Shown: piece by piece, positions 49,807 to 58,628 of the stretch
How the letters are laid out: each line of letters opens with the position of its first letter
Position numbering within the stretch: the stretch's first letter is position 1
DNA from: Clostridia bacterium
GTDB lineage: Bacteria; Bacillota; Clostridia; Christensenellales; UBA1242
NCBI GenBank assembly: GCA_900767835.1
Contig: CAAGAO010000018.1
Coordinates: 125-64,124 of the forward strand
DNA length: 64,000 nt
Direction of reading: 5' to 3'
Translations under genes and position numbers: made by a program
Notes under the pieces: model-generated
Database searches by the model: none
The model's input: only the letters and a program-made list of their open reading frames with translations
Told to the model about the DNA's origin: nothing

Positions 49807-51261
49807 GTGAAAACCATAAAAAATAATAATATATGTTCAAATTCAATCAAAAATTCCTTTAAAAATAAATATATTAATAAAAATTTGCACTTTGTTGGTA
49901 TAGGTGGGGTTAGTGTAAGTTCGCTTGCAATTTATGCATTTACTGTTGGGTGTAAGGTCACTGGCACAGACTCAAATAAAACCGATTTAACAAAATATAT
50001 AGAGAGTTTTGGCATTAAAATATTTTATATGCATAATGAAAATAATGTTAAAAATGCCGATTACGTTATCTATTCCAACGCGTGCGAAAATAGTGTTGAA
50101 GTGACTTATGCTAAAAATAACAACATTCCAACACTAACCAGAGCCGAGTTCTTGGCGGAAATATTAAAGGACTATACCACTACAATATGTGTTGCAGGTG
50201 CTCATGGCAAAACCACAACAACGGCACTCACTTTTGAAATTTTTAAAATAGCCAATTTAAAACCAAGTTTGCATTTAGGTGGGAACTTGGTAGAAACGAG
50301 GAAAAGTTTTGATTATTCTCAAAAAGATATAATTGTGTGCGAAGCGTGTGAATATAAGGATAGTTTTTTAAATTTTAATCCAAAAATTGGTGTAATATTA
50401 AACCTTGCGCCAGAGCATTTAGACTATTTTAAAACATTTAATAATGTAAAAATGTCTTTTACGCAGTTTGCCAGACAATCACAAATATTGATTACAAATA
50501 ATAGTGTAGACATAAATCATAAAAACAAACTTACTTTTGGACTAAACAACGCAAATTTTACAGCACAAAATATTAAAATGCTAAAAGATGGCAAGTATTC
50601 TTTTGATTGCAATTTTAACGGAACAAAACTGGTACATATAAAATTAAATTTAATAGGTAAGCATAATATTTTAAACGCCTTAACCGCAATTACAATTTTT
50701 TATGCTTTTAAGTATTTTTTACCTAATATTAACAATAATTTACAAAATGAAAACATTTGGGAAAATGTACATATGAAAATATTACAAGATGATACGGCAA
50801 AAAAACAAATTCAAAAGGCATTAAAGAATTTTAAAGGTATAGAACGCCGGTATGAGTATATGCACAAATCAAAATTTATTGTACATGATTACGCACATCA
50901 CCCCGATGAAATTGCAACAACAATTAACGAAACATTAAAGTTTTATAAAAACAAACTATTGGTGGTTTTTCAACCGCATACATATTCGCGTACACGCACT
51001 CTTATGCCAGATTTTATAAATGTGTTTAAAATTGTGAAAGAAGTATTAATTTTGCCGACCTATTCCGCGAGGGAAAAATATGACTACAAAGGCTCAGCCT
51101 TGCTCCTTGCAAAAAACATAGGCAATAATGCCATATATATAAAGAATAACAAAGAACAAGAAGAATATATATTGAACAAAATAAACAAAGGCTATGGCAT
51201 ATTGTTGTTAGGAGCCGGAGATATATATAACCTTGCTAAAAATATTGCCAAAAAATGTTGA
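49807..51261 (+). CDS. murC: UDP-N-acetylmuramate--L-alanine ligase
   Basis: HFVGIGGVSVSSLA N-terminal motif, P-loop GAHGKTTTT, DYAHHPDEI. GTG start; the exact start is uncertain. Confidence 0.85.
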   Translation: MKTIKNNNICSNSIKNSFKNKYINKNLHFVGIGGVSVSSLAIYAFTVGCKVTGTDSNKTDLTKYIESFGIKIFYMHNENNVKNADYVIYSNACENSVEVTYAKNNNIPTLTRAEFLAEILKDYTTTICVAGAHGKTTTTALTFEIFKIANLKPSLHLGGNLVETRKSFDYSQKDIIVCEACEYKDSFLNFNPKIGVILNLAPEHLDYFKTFNNVKMSFTQFARQSQILITNNSVDINHKNKLTFGLNNANFTAQNIKMLKDGKYSFDCNFNGTKLVHIKLNLIGKHNILNALTAITIFYAFKYFLPNINNNLQNENIWENVHMKILQDDTAKKQIQKALKNFKGIERRYEYMHKSKFIVHDYAHHPDEIATTINETLKFYKNKLLVVFQPHTYSRTRTLMPDFINVFKIVKEVLILPTYSAREKYDYKGSALLLAKNIGNNAIYIKNNKEQEEYILNKINKGYGILLLGAGDIYNLAKNIAKKC

Positions 51262-51286
51262 CAACATATTTTGTATGTGTTAAACT
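51258..51286 (+). promoter_or_regulatory. sigma-A-type promoter candidate for rpmE, overlapping the murC stop
   Basis: TTGACA (51258-51263), 17-nt spacer, TGt-TAAACT (51278-51286). Confidence 0.4.
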
Positions 51287-51322
51287 CTATTCGTTAAATT
51301 AAGTTAAAAAGGGTGAACGAAT

Positions 51323-51526
51323 ATGAAAACAGAAATACAACCAAATTATCACGAAGTAACAGTTGTTTGCGCTTGTGGAAATACATTTAAAACCGGTTCT
51401 TGTGTAAACGGAGATACTATTAAAGTTGACATTTGCAATAAATGCCATCCATTTTTCACAGGTAAACAAAAAGTTGTCGATGCAAGTGGTAGATTAGAAA
51501 AATTCAAAGCAAAACACAATATGTAA
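51323..51526 (+). CDS. rpmE: 50S ribosomal protein L31 (zinc-binding type A)
   Basis: 67 aa. [30 protein letters not shown] is the canonical L31 sequence with its CxxC pair. Confidence 0.92.
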   Translation: MKTEIQPNYHEVTVVCACGNTFKTGSCVNGDTIKVDICNKCHPFFTGKQKVVDASGRLEKFKAKHNM

Positions 51527-51540
51527 TTTTTTTACAAATC

Positions 51541-51579
51541 AAAAAAGATGTTGTTTTTAATTAAGCAACATCTTTTTTT
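51541..51579 (+). terminator. rho-independent terminator after rpmE
   Basis: AGATGTTG/CAACATCT stem (51546-51553/51566-51573), flanked by A6 and T7. Confidence 0.7.
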
Positions 51580-51614
51580 AAGTATACAAGAATAACACAA
51601 ATAAAGATTAATAA

Positions 51615-51712
51615 TTAGCACTATAAAGTAATAACCAATAACTGAAAAATGAAGAACTAATGTCAAATAATAAAATAGTTTGAGTTAGTGCTAAACTATG
51701 CTTCAGCACTAA
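51615..51712 (+). other. three copies of a near-palindromic 8-10-mer able to form mutually exclusive helices
   Basis: TTAGCACTA (51615-51623) pairs with TAGTGCTAA (51686-51694). TTAGTGCT (51685-51692) pairs with AGCACTAA (51705-51712). The two helices share the middle segment. Confidence 0.35.
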
Positions 51713-51761
51713 TATTTGAGTTGTACTCTAATATTCGCACTAGACGTGTTCGCTCTTTTTG

Positions 51762-51895
51762 TTCGTTCGCAGTGCGAACTCTCTTGCGAAGCGTGGCGTT
51801 GGAGAAATAGGTTTATTATATAATTTCATTCGTTCGTGGTCGGTACTCTCTCGCGAAGAAATGCTTTGAAGAATAATAAGTATATATTTATAATA
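51762..51895 (+). repeat. diverged tandem duplication (2 x 67 nt), relatively G+C-rich, non-coding
   Basis: Both units start with TTCGTTCG (51762; 51829), have GCGAAG at offset 24 (51786; 51853) and end in TATAAT-like sequence. A 6-bp helix is kept in both: TTCGCA/TGCGAA in unit 1, TTCGTG/CGCGAA in unit 2. Confidence 0.45.
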
Positions 51896-51931
51896 GCGGT
51901 CAAATTTTGTACAAATTTGACCGCTATTTTT
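51893..51931 (+). terminator. strong hairpin plus T5 with no upstream ORF (orphan terminator-like element)
   Basis: ATAGCGGTCAAATTT/AAATTTGACCGCTAT, about 14-bp stem (51894-51907/51913-51926), 5-nt loop, then TTTTT (51927-51931). Confidence 0.55.
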
Positions 51932-51981
51932 GTACAAAATTGCCATTTCAAAAATTTTTTTTAAAAATTTGTAAAAATCGT

Positions 51982-52009
51982 TTGACAACGCGGGGGGGGG
52001 ATATATAAT
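51982..52009 (+). promoter_or_regulatory. consensus sigma-A promoter with a G9 tract in its spacer
   Basis: TTGACA (51982-51987), 16-nt spacer ACGC-G9-ATA, TATAAT (52004-52009). The next plus-strand gene starts at 52279. Confidence 0.5.
51992..52000. repeat. homopolymeric G9 tract
   Basis: Read directly: cggggggggg at 51991-52000. It is the only long G/C homopolymer I noticed in this AT-rich window. Confidence 0.95.
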
Positions 52010-52278
52010 TGTCTTAAAGAGTAAAAATATATATTTTTATGCCTTTTGCTAGTATTGTTTTTAAAGTTAATTAATGCAGTTTGTTATTTTCAATAAACAA
52101 GAAAATGCGTTATTAAACACATTGCACATTATCGTTAAAAACTAAATATCTTTGGAATTAACAAAATAATACATTTTAAAAAATACAACAAAATTTTGTT
52201 AATTACAAAAAATATGCAAATACTAAAATCAAAAGCATAAAACCAATTTTTACTTGAAAATAAAAAAAAGGAGAAAAT

Positions 52279-53805
52279 ATGAAAAAAAGAAAATTTAACA
52301 TTTTGCTAAATATTGCAGTGCTATGTATGTGTGTTTGCGCAATTGCCATAGGTGTATATTCAGCAAAAACCGCTAGCCTTAATGTAAGTGGTACAATCGG
52401 CTTTACTGCAAATAATTGTGAAATTGCAATAAAAGGCGAAATGAATGCCTATGAAAAATTGGCAGATGGCACAAATCAAGCGGTAACAAAGTACTTTAAT
52501 AGTACCAATGCAGAAGGTGGAGAAGCCAAAACAATCACAGGTTCTTCAAACCCTTGGAATATAGGCAATGTATGTTTTGATGATTTAAACACCGATAAAT
52601 ATCATCAAATAAATGATATAAGTTTTACATTTGAAGTTACAAATATGTCCGCATACTATGTAGATGTAACAGTAGACCAAAATTGTATAGGGAGCGATAG
52701 AATTTTTATCTATGCACCAAACAATGGAGAAACTCTTGCTCCAAAAGGACAAGACGGGGCATCCGTTACTCTAATAGTTAAATTTCAATTGCAAAAAGTA
52801 AACGGAGAGTATTCAAGTATAACTGATGTACCTTTATCAAACATATCGCTTTTAAATTTCACAAAATCTCAAGCCCCAGCATATCTTGCAACCGACTGGA
52901 AAAGTAAAATAACTGACATTTTTTCAGCAAAATCAATAAGTTTTGTAAATGTGATAGATGAATCTATCAAAACCAATACTAACTATACACAAACATCAGT
53001 TGGTGCAGTGAATGAAACAAGCAACCAAAGTGATTTAACTGGTAATAATGATGTAACAGATATTGTTGCTTATTACAATTCCGCTAGTAAAGAAGTTATA
53101 ATATATTCGCCAGCAAGAATTTATGCCCCACAAAATTGTAGAGAAATGTTCGCTGGTTTCTCAGTGTCTAGCCTAGATATAAGCAATTTTGACACAAGTA
53201 AAGTAACAAATATGGGTAGTATGTTCTCTACTTTCTATGCAACCAGCCTAGATGTAAGCAATTTTGACACAAGTAAAGTAACAAATATGAATAGTATGTT
53301 CTTTAATTGCTATGGACCAACCAGCCCAGACGTAAGCAATTTTGACACAAGTAAAGTAACAAATATGGGTAGTATGTTCTCTTCTTGCAAAGCAACCAGC
53401 CTAGATGTAAGCAATTTTAATACAAGCAATGTGACAGACATGAGTAGTATGTTCGTTTCTTGCGATGCAACCAGCCTAGATGTAAGCAATTTTAATACAA
53501 GCAGTGTAACAAATATGAACCAGATGTTCCAAGCTTGCACTAAACTTACCAGACTAGATGTAAGCAATTTCGATACAAGTAAAGTAAAAGATATGAGTTT
53601 TATGTTCTCTCATTGCGGTAAATTCACCAACCTAGATTTAAGCAGTTTTGACACAAGCAATGTAACAAATATGAGTAATATGTTCATGTCTTGCAGTGAA
53701 CTTAAAGCCATTTATGTTAATTCAAGTAAATGGGTTATAAGTCCAGGTTGTGATACAGATAGAATGTTTGATAGTTGTGGTTGTTCTACAGTTACTCCGA
53801 TATAA
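52279..53805 (+). CDS. DUF285/BspA-type surface protein with 26-residue leucine-rich-like repeats
   Basis: GGAG RBS. N-terminal signal anchor (FNILLNIAVLCMCVCAIAIGVY). Seven C-terminal repeats of the form LDVSNFDTSKVTNMxSMFxxCxxLT, the bacterial surface protein 26-residue repeat. Confidence 0.8.
   Translation: MKKRKFNILLNIAVLCMCVCAIAIGVYSAKTASLNVSGTIGFTANNCEIAIKGEMNAYEKLADGTNQAVTKYFNSTNAEGGEAKTITGSSNPWNIGNVCFDDLNTDKYHQINDISFTFEVTNMSAYYVDVTVDQNCIGSDRIFIYAPNNGETLAPKGQDGASVTLIVKFQLQKVNGEYSSITDVPLSNISLLNFTKSQAPAYLATDWKSKITDIFSAKSISFVNVIDESIKTNTNYTQTSVGAVNETSNQSDLTGNNDVTDIVAYYNSASKEVIIYSPARIYAPQNCREMFAGFSVSSLDISNFDTSKVTNMGSMFSTFYATSLDVSNFDTSKVTNMNSMFFNCYGPTSPDVSNFDTSKVTNMGSMFSSCKATSLDVSNFNTSNVTDMSSMFVSCDATSLDVSNFNTSSVTNMNQMFQACTKLTRLDVSNFDTSKVKDMSFMFSHCGKFTNLDLSSFDTSNVTNMSNMFMSCSELKAIYVNSSKWVISPGCDTDRMFDSCGCSTVTPI
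53170..53706 (+). repeat. intragenic tandem repeats, 75-78-nt period, seven units
   Basis: Units share long identical runs, e.g. GTAAGCAATTTTGACACAAGTAAAGTAACAAATATG occurs in units starting near 53245 and 53320, and the first unit differs by one base. Confidence 0.85.
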
Positions 53806-53900
53806 CATTTTTCAAAACAAATATATTTACAAATATATTTAAAAAAAATAATTTTAAGATTAACAATGTAATTAAATATTTAACTTTAAATAATCTAATT

Positions 53901-53939
53901 AAAAAATAGTTTTGGCTTATTTCCCCAAAACTATTTTTT
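53901..53939. terminator. bidirectional rho-independent terminator between the convergent repeat-protein and DUF1540 genes
   Basis: AATAGTTTTGG/CCAAAACTATT 11-bp stem, 9-nt loop, flanked by A5 on the left and T7 on the right. Confidence 0.7.
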
Positions 53940-53978
53940 TGTCTTTTTAATTGCAATGTGGCAATAGATTTTTTTTGT

Positions 53979-54296
53979 TTACGGCTTTAAAAATGTCATA
54001 CATTTGGGGTATTCGGCTATGGAGTTTATGGTCAGTCCGTTGGCTATGCATGTGCCTTGTTCGTTGAAAATACATTTGGCGGCACAGGTTACTCGCATAT
54101 GTTTTTTTGCTCTGTGTGGAGCATATTTTGGTGCTTCATCAAACATACAACAAGATGTGTCTCGAACACTTTTATTTGGGTCATTTTCAAAAGTGTTGCA
54201 ATCTAGTGTGTTTTCAATAGAAATATTTCTTGCTCGGCAAGAAAAATAGTTATTATATTTACAGGTTGTTTTTCTACATTTTAAATCCATATTCAT
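53979..54296 (-). CDS. DUF1540 domain-containing cysteine-rich protein (two copies of the domain)
   Basis: LKCRKTTCKYNNYFSCRARNISIE and VTCAAKCIFNEQGTCIANGLTIN match the four-Cys DUF1540 pattern found in Firmicutes. Confidence 0.6.
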   Translation of the reverse strand: MNMDLKCRKTTCKYNNYFSCRARNISIENTLDCNTFENDPNKSVRDTSCCMFDEAPKYAPHRAKKHMRVTCAAKCIFNEQGTCIANGLTINSIAEYPKCMTFLKP

Positions 54297-54447
54297 TTCC
54301 TTTTAATTTTAAAAAATATAGTCACAAATTTTGAATTTGTTTAAATTTTTCTTTAGGTGTTATAGTAACAACAAAAACAAAGTGATGTATTATCTTTATG
54401 GCTATAGGTACAACACATTGAAGCAAGGTGTTATTCATACAATATTC

Positions 54448-54477
54448 TTGACAAAAATATTAAATTTAAACTAAAAT
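54448..54477 (+). promoter_or_regulatory. sigma-A-type promoter candidate for rplI
   Basis: TTGACA (54448-54453), 18-nt spacer, TAAAAT (54472-54477). Confidence 0.4.
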
Positions 54478-54497
54478 AATAACAAAAGGAGTGAAAA

Positions 54498-54941
54498 ATG
54501 AAAGTTATTTTGCAAAAAGATGTAAAAGGCTCTGGCAAAAAGGGCGATATTGTAAACGTGGCAGATGGCTATGGTACATATTTATTAAAAAACAATTTAG
54601 CAAAAAAAGCGGATAGTGTTGGTTGTCAAATTAATGCGAGTCAAAAAGAGGCAGATGCTTATCATAAAGAACAAGAACGCCTAAGAGCCGTAGAACTTGG
54701 TAAACAAATTGAAAACAAAACCATTGTAGTAAAAGTAAAATGTGGTGAAAATGGTAAATTGTTTGGAGCAATTACAGCAAAAGAAATCGCTGATGCTTTT
54801 AAAACAAATATGAATATAGATATGGATAAAAGAAAAATTGTTATGGACGGTGCAATTAAAACTGTTGGCGAACAAACACTAACTGTTAAACTTCATCCAA
54901 CCGTTGCTGTAAAATTTAATGTAAGGGTAGAAGTTGAATAA
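54498..54941 (+). CDS. rplI: 50S ribosomal protein L9
   Basis: [35 protein letters not shown] is a canonical L9 N-terminus. 147 aa. GGAG RBS. Confidence 0.92.
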   Translation: MKVILQKDVKGSGKKGDIVNVADGYGTYLLKNNLAKKADSVGCQINASQKEADAYHKEQERLRAVELGKQIENKTIVVKVKCGENGKLFGAITAKEIADAFKTNMNIDMDKRKIVMDGAIKTVGEQTLTVKLHPTVAVKFNVRVEVE

Positions 54942-54943
54942 TT

Positions 54944-55732
54944 GTGCGAGTTTGTAATTTAAGTTCTGGCAGTGACGGAAACTTAACATACATAGAAACC
55001 TTAAACGCAAAAATTCTTTTAGATGCTGGCTTATCTGCCAGCGAAATTACCAAGAGATTAGCACTTTTAAGAGTTACACCAGAAGAAATTGATGCAATTT
55101 TAATAACACACGAACACTGTGACCATATTAAAGGCCTAGATGTTTTTGCAAGCAAGTATCATACGAAAGTATATGTTCACAACAAGGGGCTTTGGGCTTT
55201 AAAGTCAAAACTTAAAAAGTGTGACCAAATTCAGTTTATGCCTTTTGATGATATGGACTTTTATATTAAAGACCTTTTAATTTCAAATTTCCCACTATCG
55301 CACGACTCAGAATATTGTAGCGGATATAGTTTTAAAGAAAAAACAAAAAAGGTAAGCATTTTAACAGACCTTGGGTATACAACTAGCGACATTTTATCAA
55401 AAATTTCTGGTAGTGTACTTGTTTATATCGAAGCAAATCATGATATTGATATGCTAAAAAACAATCCTAGTTATCCACTTGTGTTAAAACAAAGAATACT
55501 GGGTAAACGCGGACATTTATCAAATGTTGCTTGTGCCGAAGCGGTTGAGTATTTAGCAAGAACTGGCACAAAGCAGGTTATGCTTTCTCATCTTTCAAGA
55601 GATAACAACACTCCTGAACTTGCATATGGCACAGTTTGTGCATACCTAAAAGAACATGGAATAGAAGAAGGTAAAAATATAAAAATTGCAACTGCTAGCA
55701 TTTATCCAAGTTATGTTTTTAACATTAATTAA
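54944..55732 (+). CDS. MBL-fold metallo-hydrolase (YycJ/WalJ-like)
   Basis: LITHEHCDHIKGL (HxHxDH) motif and N-terminal SSGSDGN. Followed by an HtrA-like protease, as with yycJ-yyxA in B. subtilis. GTG start. Confidence 0.75.
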   Translation: MRVCNLSSGSDGNLTYIETLNAKILLDAGLSASEITKRLALLRVTPEEIDAILITHEHCDHIKGLDVFASKYHTKVYVHNKGLWALKSKLKKCDQIQFMPFDDMDFYIKDLLISNFPLSHDSEYCSGYSFKEKTKKVSILTDLGYTTSDILSKISGSVLVYIEANHDIDMLKNNPSYPLVLKQRILGKRGHLSNVACAEAVEYLARTGTKQVMLSHLSRDNNTPELAYGTVCAYLKEHGIEEGKNIKIATASIYPSYVFNIN

Positions 55733-55744
55733 TTTATGTTTAAT

Positions 55745-55777
55745 AAATCTCATAATCATATGATTGTGAGATTTTTT
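55745..55777 (+). terminator. rho-independent terminator after the MBL hydrolase gene
   Basis: AAATCTCATAATC/GATTGTGAGATTT 13-bp stem (one GU), 4-nt loop, T6 (55772-55777). Confidence 0.65.
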
Positions 55778-55898
55778 AAAAGTGCAAGAACACACAACCA
55801 AAGAATAATTTTTTTTGTATTGCAAACAATAATTTTAACTAAAAATAATTGTACATATGCGTACATTAACAAAAACACAATTATTAAAAGGAATAATT

Positions 55899-56951
55899 AT
55901 GATAAATTCAGGAAATAGAAACAAAATTATATTAATAATATTTTTGGTGAGTTTTGTCACTTTGGTAAGCGGTTGTGGGTTAAATATAACTCCAAATGTA
56001 GGCGGTTATGGTTATGCAGATATGTCTCCAAGGTTAATAACTCTTTTGGGTGAGCAATCAACAAGCGAAGTTGTAAAAAGTGTAAAATCGGCAATAGTAG
56101 GCATAAAAAGTAGTTTAGGGACAGAGTATGCCGTTGGCAGTGGTGTAGCAATCAAAGAAGGCGGGTATATTTTAACCAATCAACACGTAATTGCCAACAC
56201 AAAAGGAATAACAATATATTTTGCGGATAAAACATCGGCACAAGCCACATTAATTTGGCAAGATAGTTCAATAGACTTAGCCGTAATAAAATCTCAAAGA
56301 GATATGCCATATTTAGAGTGTGAAACAAATGAACTAGAAGTCGGTCAAGATGTCATAGCTATAGGAACGCCACTTTCACTTGCTTTTGGACATTCAGTTA
56401 CAAAAGGTATTGTTTCGGCACTTGATAGGACTCTTGAAGTACAAAATAAAGATGGAACAATTAGTTATATGCAAAATCTAATACAGCACGATGCCAGCAT
56501 TAATCCGGGCAATAGTGGTGGACCATTAATAAATGCTAGAGGTAAGGTTATAGGAATAAATACCTTAAAGGCTACCGATGCGGAAGGTATAGGCTTTGCT
56601 ATTCCAATAATATCTGGACAAAAAATTGTAAGTAGGCTAAGTGTAAATGCAGGCTATACAGCACCTTATATGGGCATAATAGGTGTATCATCAGACTATG
56701 CAAAAAACACCAAAAACTATTCGGTATCAAATGATGGTCTATATATTTTAGATGTAGATAAAAACAGTGTGGCAGGCATTTTAGGACTAACTCGCGGTGA
56801 TATTTTATATCAAATAGACGACACTCCAATTTTTACATTTTTAGACTTACGCAATGTTTTATACTCTCATTCAATAGGCGACAAAATAATGGTACACATT
56901 TTTAGAGATAACAAACAAATGGAATTTTCTATGACCTTAGGTGAAAGGTAA
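55899..56951 (+). CDS. S1C (HtrA/DegP-like) serine protease with C-terminal PDZ domain, lipoprotein-type signal
   Basis: Catalytic triad contexts LTNQHVI, DLAVIK and GNSGGPLIN. PDZ-like C-terminus (GDILYQIDDTPI). Signal peptide ending LVSGC. The ORF is open from 55857, but ATG 55899 is preferred. Confidence 0.8.
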   Translation: MINSGNRNKIILIIFLVSFVTLVSGCGLNITPNVGGYGYADMSPRLITLLGEQSTSEVVKSVKSAIVGIKSSLGTEYAVGSGVAIKEGGYILTNQHVIANTKGITIYFADKTSAQATLIWQDSSIDLAVIKSQRDMPYLECETNELEVGQDVIAIGTPLSLAFGHSVTKGIVSALDRTLEVQNKDGTISYMQNLIQHDASINPGNSGGPLINARGKVIGINTLKATDAEGIGFAIPIISGQKIVSRLSVNAGYTAPYMGIIGVSSDYAKNTKNYSVSNDGLYILDVDKNSVAGILGLTRGDILYQIDDTPIFTFLDLRNVLYSHSIGDKIMVHIFRDNKQMEFSMTLGER

Positions 56952-57101
56952 ATTAGAATTTGCTCTAATTTTAATACTAACAAAAATAACTGACATTTAA
57001 ACGCGTGACAGATTGGTTTCCCAAATGTTAATAAAATTTTATAATGATTATAACTATGCTTAATAATTTATCAATTTTAGCACACTTGACAATATCCACT
57101 A

Positions 57102-57130
57102 TTGACAAGAGTAGATTAGTGTTGTAAAAT
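57102..57130 (+). promoter_or_regulatory. sigma-A-type promoter candidate
   Basis: TTGACA (57102-57107), 17-nt spacer, TAAAAT (57125-57130). Confidence 0.4.
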
Positions 57131-57152
57131 TAAAACATAAATTGGGGGAGTT

Positions 57153-57554
57153 ATGAATCACAACGATGAAGCAAAAAAAATATTATTTAACAACGATAAT
57201 TTTATTTATAGTATAAAATTATGTCATAAAGTTTTCGGTGCATATTATTACGAAATTAAATACAAGGATAGAGCAGATTTTCCTAAAAAAATTTCTTTTA
57301 AAAGTGAATATAATAATAAGAGTAAATGTTTAGAAGTTTTAGATCGTTTTTGTTCTTTATATAAAGAACATATGTTTTTGAGAATAGATAACACAATTGT
57401 AAATTTGAACAATATTCACGATATTAGATATGATAATGTTGTATCCACAATTATATATACCGATGGCAAAGAAATATTGCTAAGAACAACAAATAAACAA
57501 TTTGTCCATTTGTATGTACAAGCAATGAACAATGTTAAAGCATATGATAAATAG
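57153..57554 (+). CDS. hypothetical protein (133 aa)
   Basis: Strong GGGGGAG RBS, its own promoter candidate and its own terminator. I recognise no family. Confidence 0.5.
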   Translation: MNHNDEAKKILFNNDNFIYSIKLCHKVFGAYYYEIKYKDRADFPKKISFKSEYNNKSKCLEVLDRFCSLYKEHMFLRIDNTIVNLNNIHDIRYDNVVSTIIYTDGKEILLRTTNKQFVHLYVQAMNNVKAYDK

Positions 57555-57590
57555 TTTGTTTTATGACAAAATAAGATAATATATACAATA

Positions 57591-57621
57591 AAAAGCATTG
57601 CAAAATAGCAGTGCTTTTTTT
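57591..57621 (+). terminator. rho-independent terminator
   Basis: AGCATTGC/GCAGTGCT stem (one GU), 6-nt loop, T7 (57615-57621). Confidence 0.55.
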
Positions 57622-57677
57622 AAACTCTAAATTAGGATAAACGAGTGGCAAGAATAAAAGTCTAAAAGGTTTAAAAT

Positions 57678-58499
57678 GTGATAGTTTATATTGAAGATTG
57701 TTTAATAGAGAACTTTTTTGTTACTTTTTTGGTTTTAAAATGTATTATTGCGTGTTTTAAAATTAGAACAAGCAATATAAGAATTATTTTTGCAAGTATT
57801 TTTGGTGCAATTATTGCTTTAATTTATCCAATATTGCATATTAATAATTATTTATTAATTATTATGAAATTATTTGTTGCATATTTAATAATTAATATTG
57901 CATTTAATTATAAAAATATTTTTGCAAAATATGTTGCTTTTATTTTTTTTACCGCACTTTTTGCTGGGTTAAATATCCTATTTTATTATTTAATTTATGG
58001 CTCGCTAAATGTTACAGATAATTTCCCTACATATGTTTTATTATTTTTGATTTTTTTAATTTATTATATGGTAATTGCAGTAGTAAAATTTGCTTCGCAA
58101 AAACTTGCGATTGCTAATTTTGTATATAAAGTAAAAATATGTGAAAGAGGGAAAGAAATTACTATAAATGCTTTTTTAGATAGCGGAAACTCCTTGCAAG
58201 ATGATGACCTTTCTCCAATTTTAATCATAAATCAAAAAGTTTTTAATAAATTGTATAAGGACATATCTTTTAGTGATTTACTTGTTAAAAACTTTAAACA
58301 TTTAAAACAACCACATTATGTTAAATCTTGTTTTGCTAGTGGAAGTGCAAAAATCTTGGTTTTTTGTGTGGATATGGTTTTAATTGCGACAAATGATAAA
58401 CAAATAGAAATTAGAAATGCAAAACTAGGAGTGTCATATGCCAAATTTTCAAAGGAGACAGATTGTGATATGCTTTTAAATATTTGCGTGTTTAGTTAG
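57678..58499 (+). CDS. spoIIGA: sigma-E processing peptidase SpoIIGA
   Basis: 273-aa protein with five N-terminal TM segments and the C-terminal aspartic-protease motif AFLDSGNSL. Immediately upstream of sigE. GTG start. Confidence 0.85.
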   Translation: MIVYIEDCLIENFFVTFLVLKCIIACFKIRTSNIRIIFASIFGAIIALIYPILHINNYLLIIMKLFVAYLIINIAFNYKNIFAKYVAFIFFTALFAGLNILFYYLIYGSLNVTDNFPTYVLLFLIFLIYYMVIAVVKFASQKLAIANFVYKVKICERGKEITINAFLDSGNSLQDDDLSPILIINQKVFNKLYKDISFSDLLVKNFKHLKQPHYVKSCFASGSAKILVFCVDMVLIATNDKQIEIRNAKLGVSYAKFSKETDCDMLLNICVFS

Positions 58500-58502
58500 G
58501 AT

Positions 58503-58628
58503 AGTGCGGAGAACCTAGCACTCCGCCCGCCTTGAAAATTTAAATAAGTTTAAATTTTTGCAAGTTTTTTTAAAAAAAACTTGCGGTTTGCATAAAGGCA
58601 AACCAAGGCGGGCGGGTGCTTGCTCCCC
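58503..58628 (+). other. G+C-rich structured element (extended closing helix plus three hairpins) between spoIIGA and sigE
   Basis: Perfect 12-bp helix CCGCCCGCCTTG/CAAGGCGGGCGG (58523-58534/58604-58615), extendable by AGCAC/GTGCT and GGAG/CTCC. It encloses hairpins 58535-58558, 58560-58584 and 58586-58603. No T-run follows. Confidence 0.55.

Noticed and set aside
51740-51988. 82-aa minus-strand ORF in the rpmE to repeat-protein intergenic region
   Set aside because: It has no RBS. It spans the tandem 67-nt repeats, the strong hairpin and the promoter -35 box. I interpret the region as non-coding structured DNA or RNA instead.
55736-55918. 60-aa ORF between the MBL hydrolase and the protease genes
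   Set aside because: It starts inside the terminator hairpin (55745-77), has no RBS, and overlaps the protease gene's 5' end out of frame.
57555-57677. Spo0A boxes or an unusual-spacer sigma-A promoter expected upstream of spoIIGA
   Set aside because: I saw only loose matches (e.g. TGACAAA) to the TGTCGAA 0A box, which is not enough to call.
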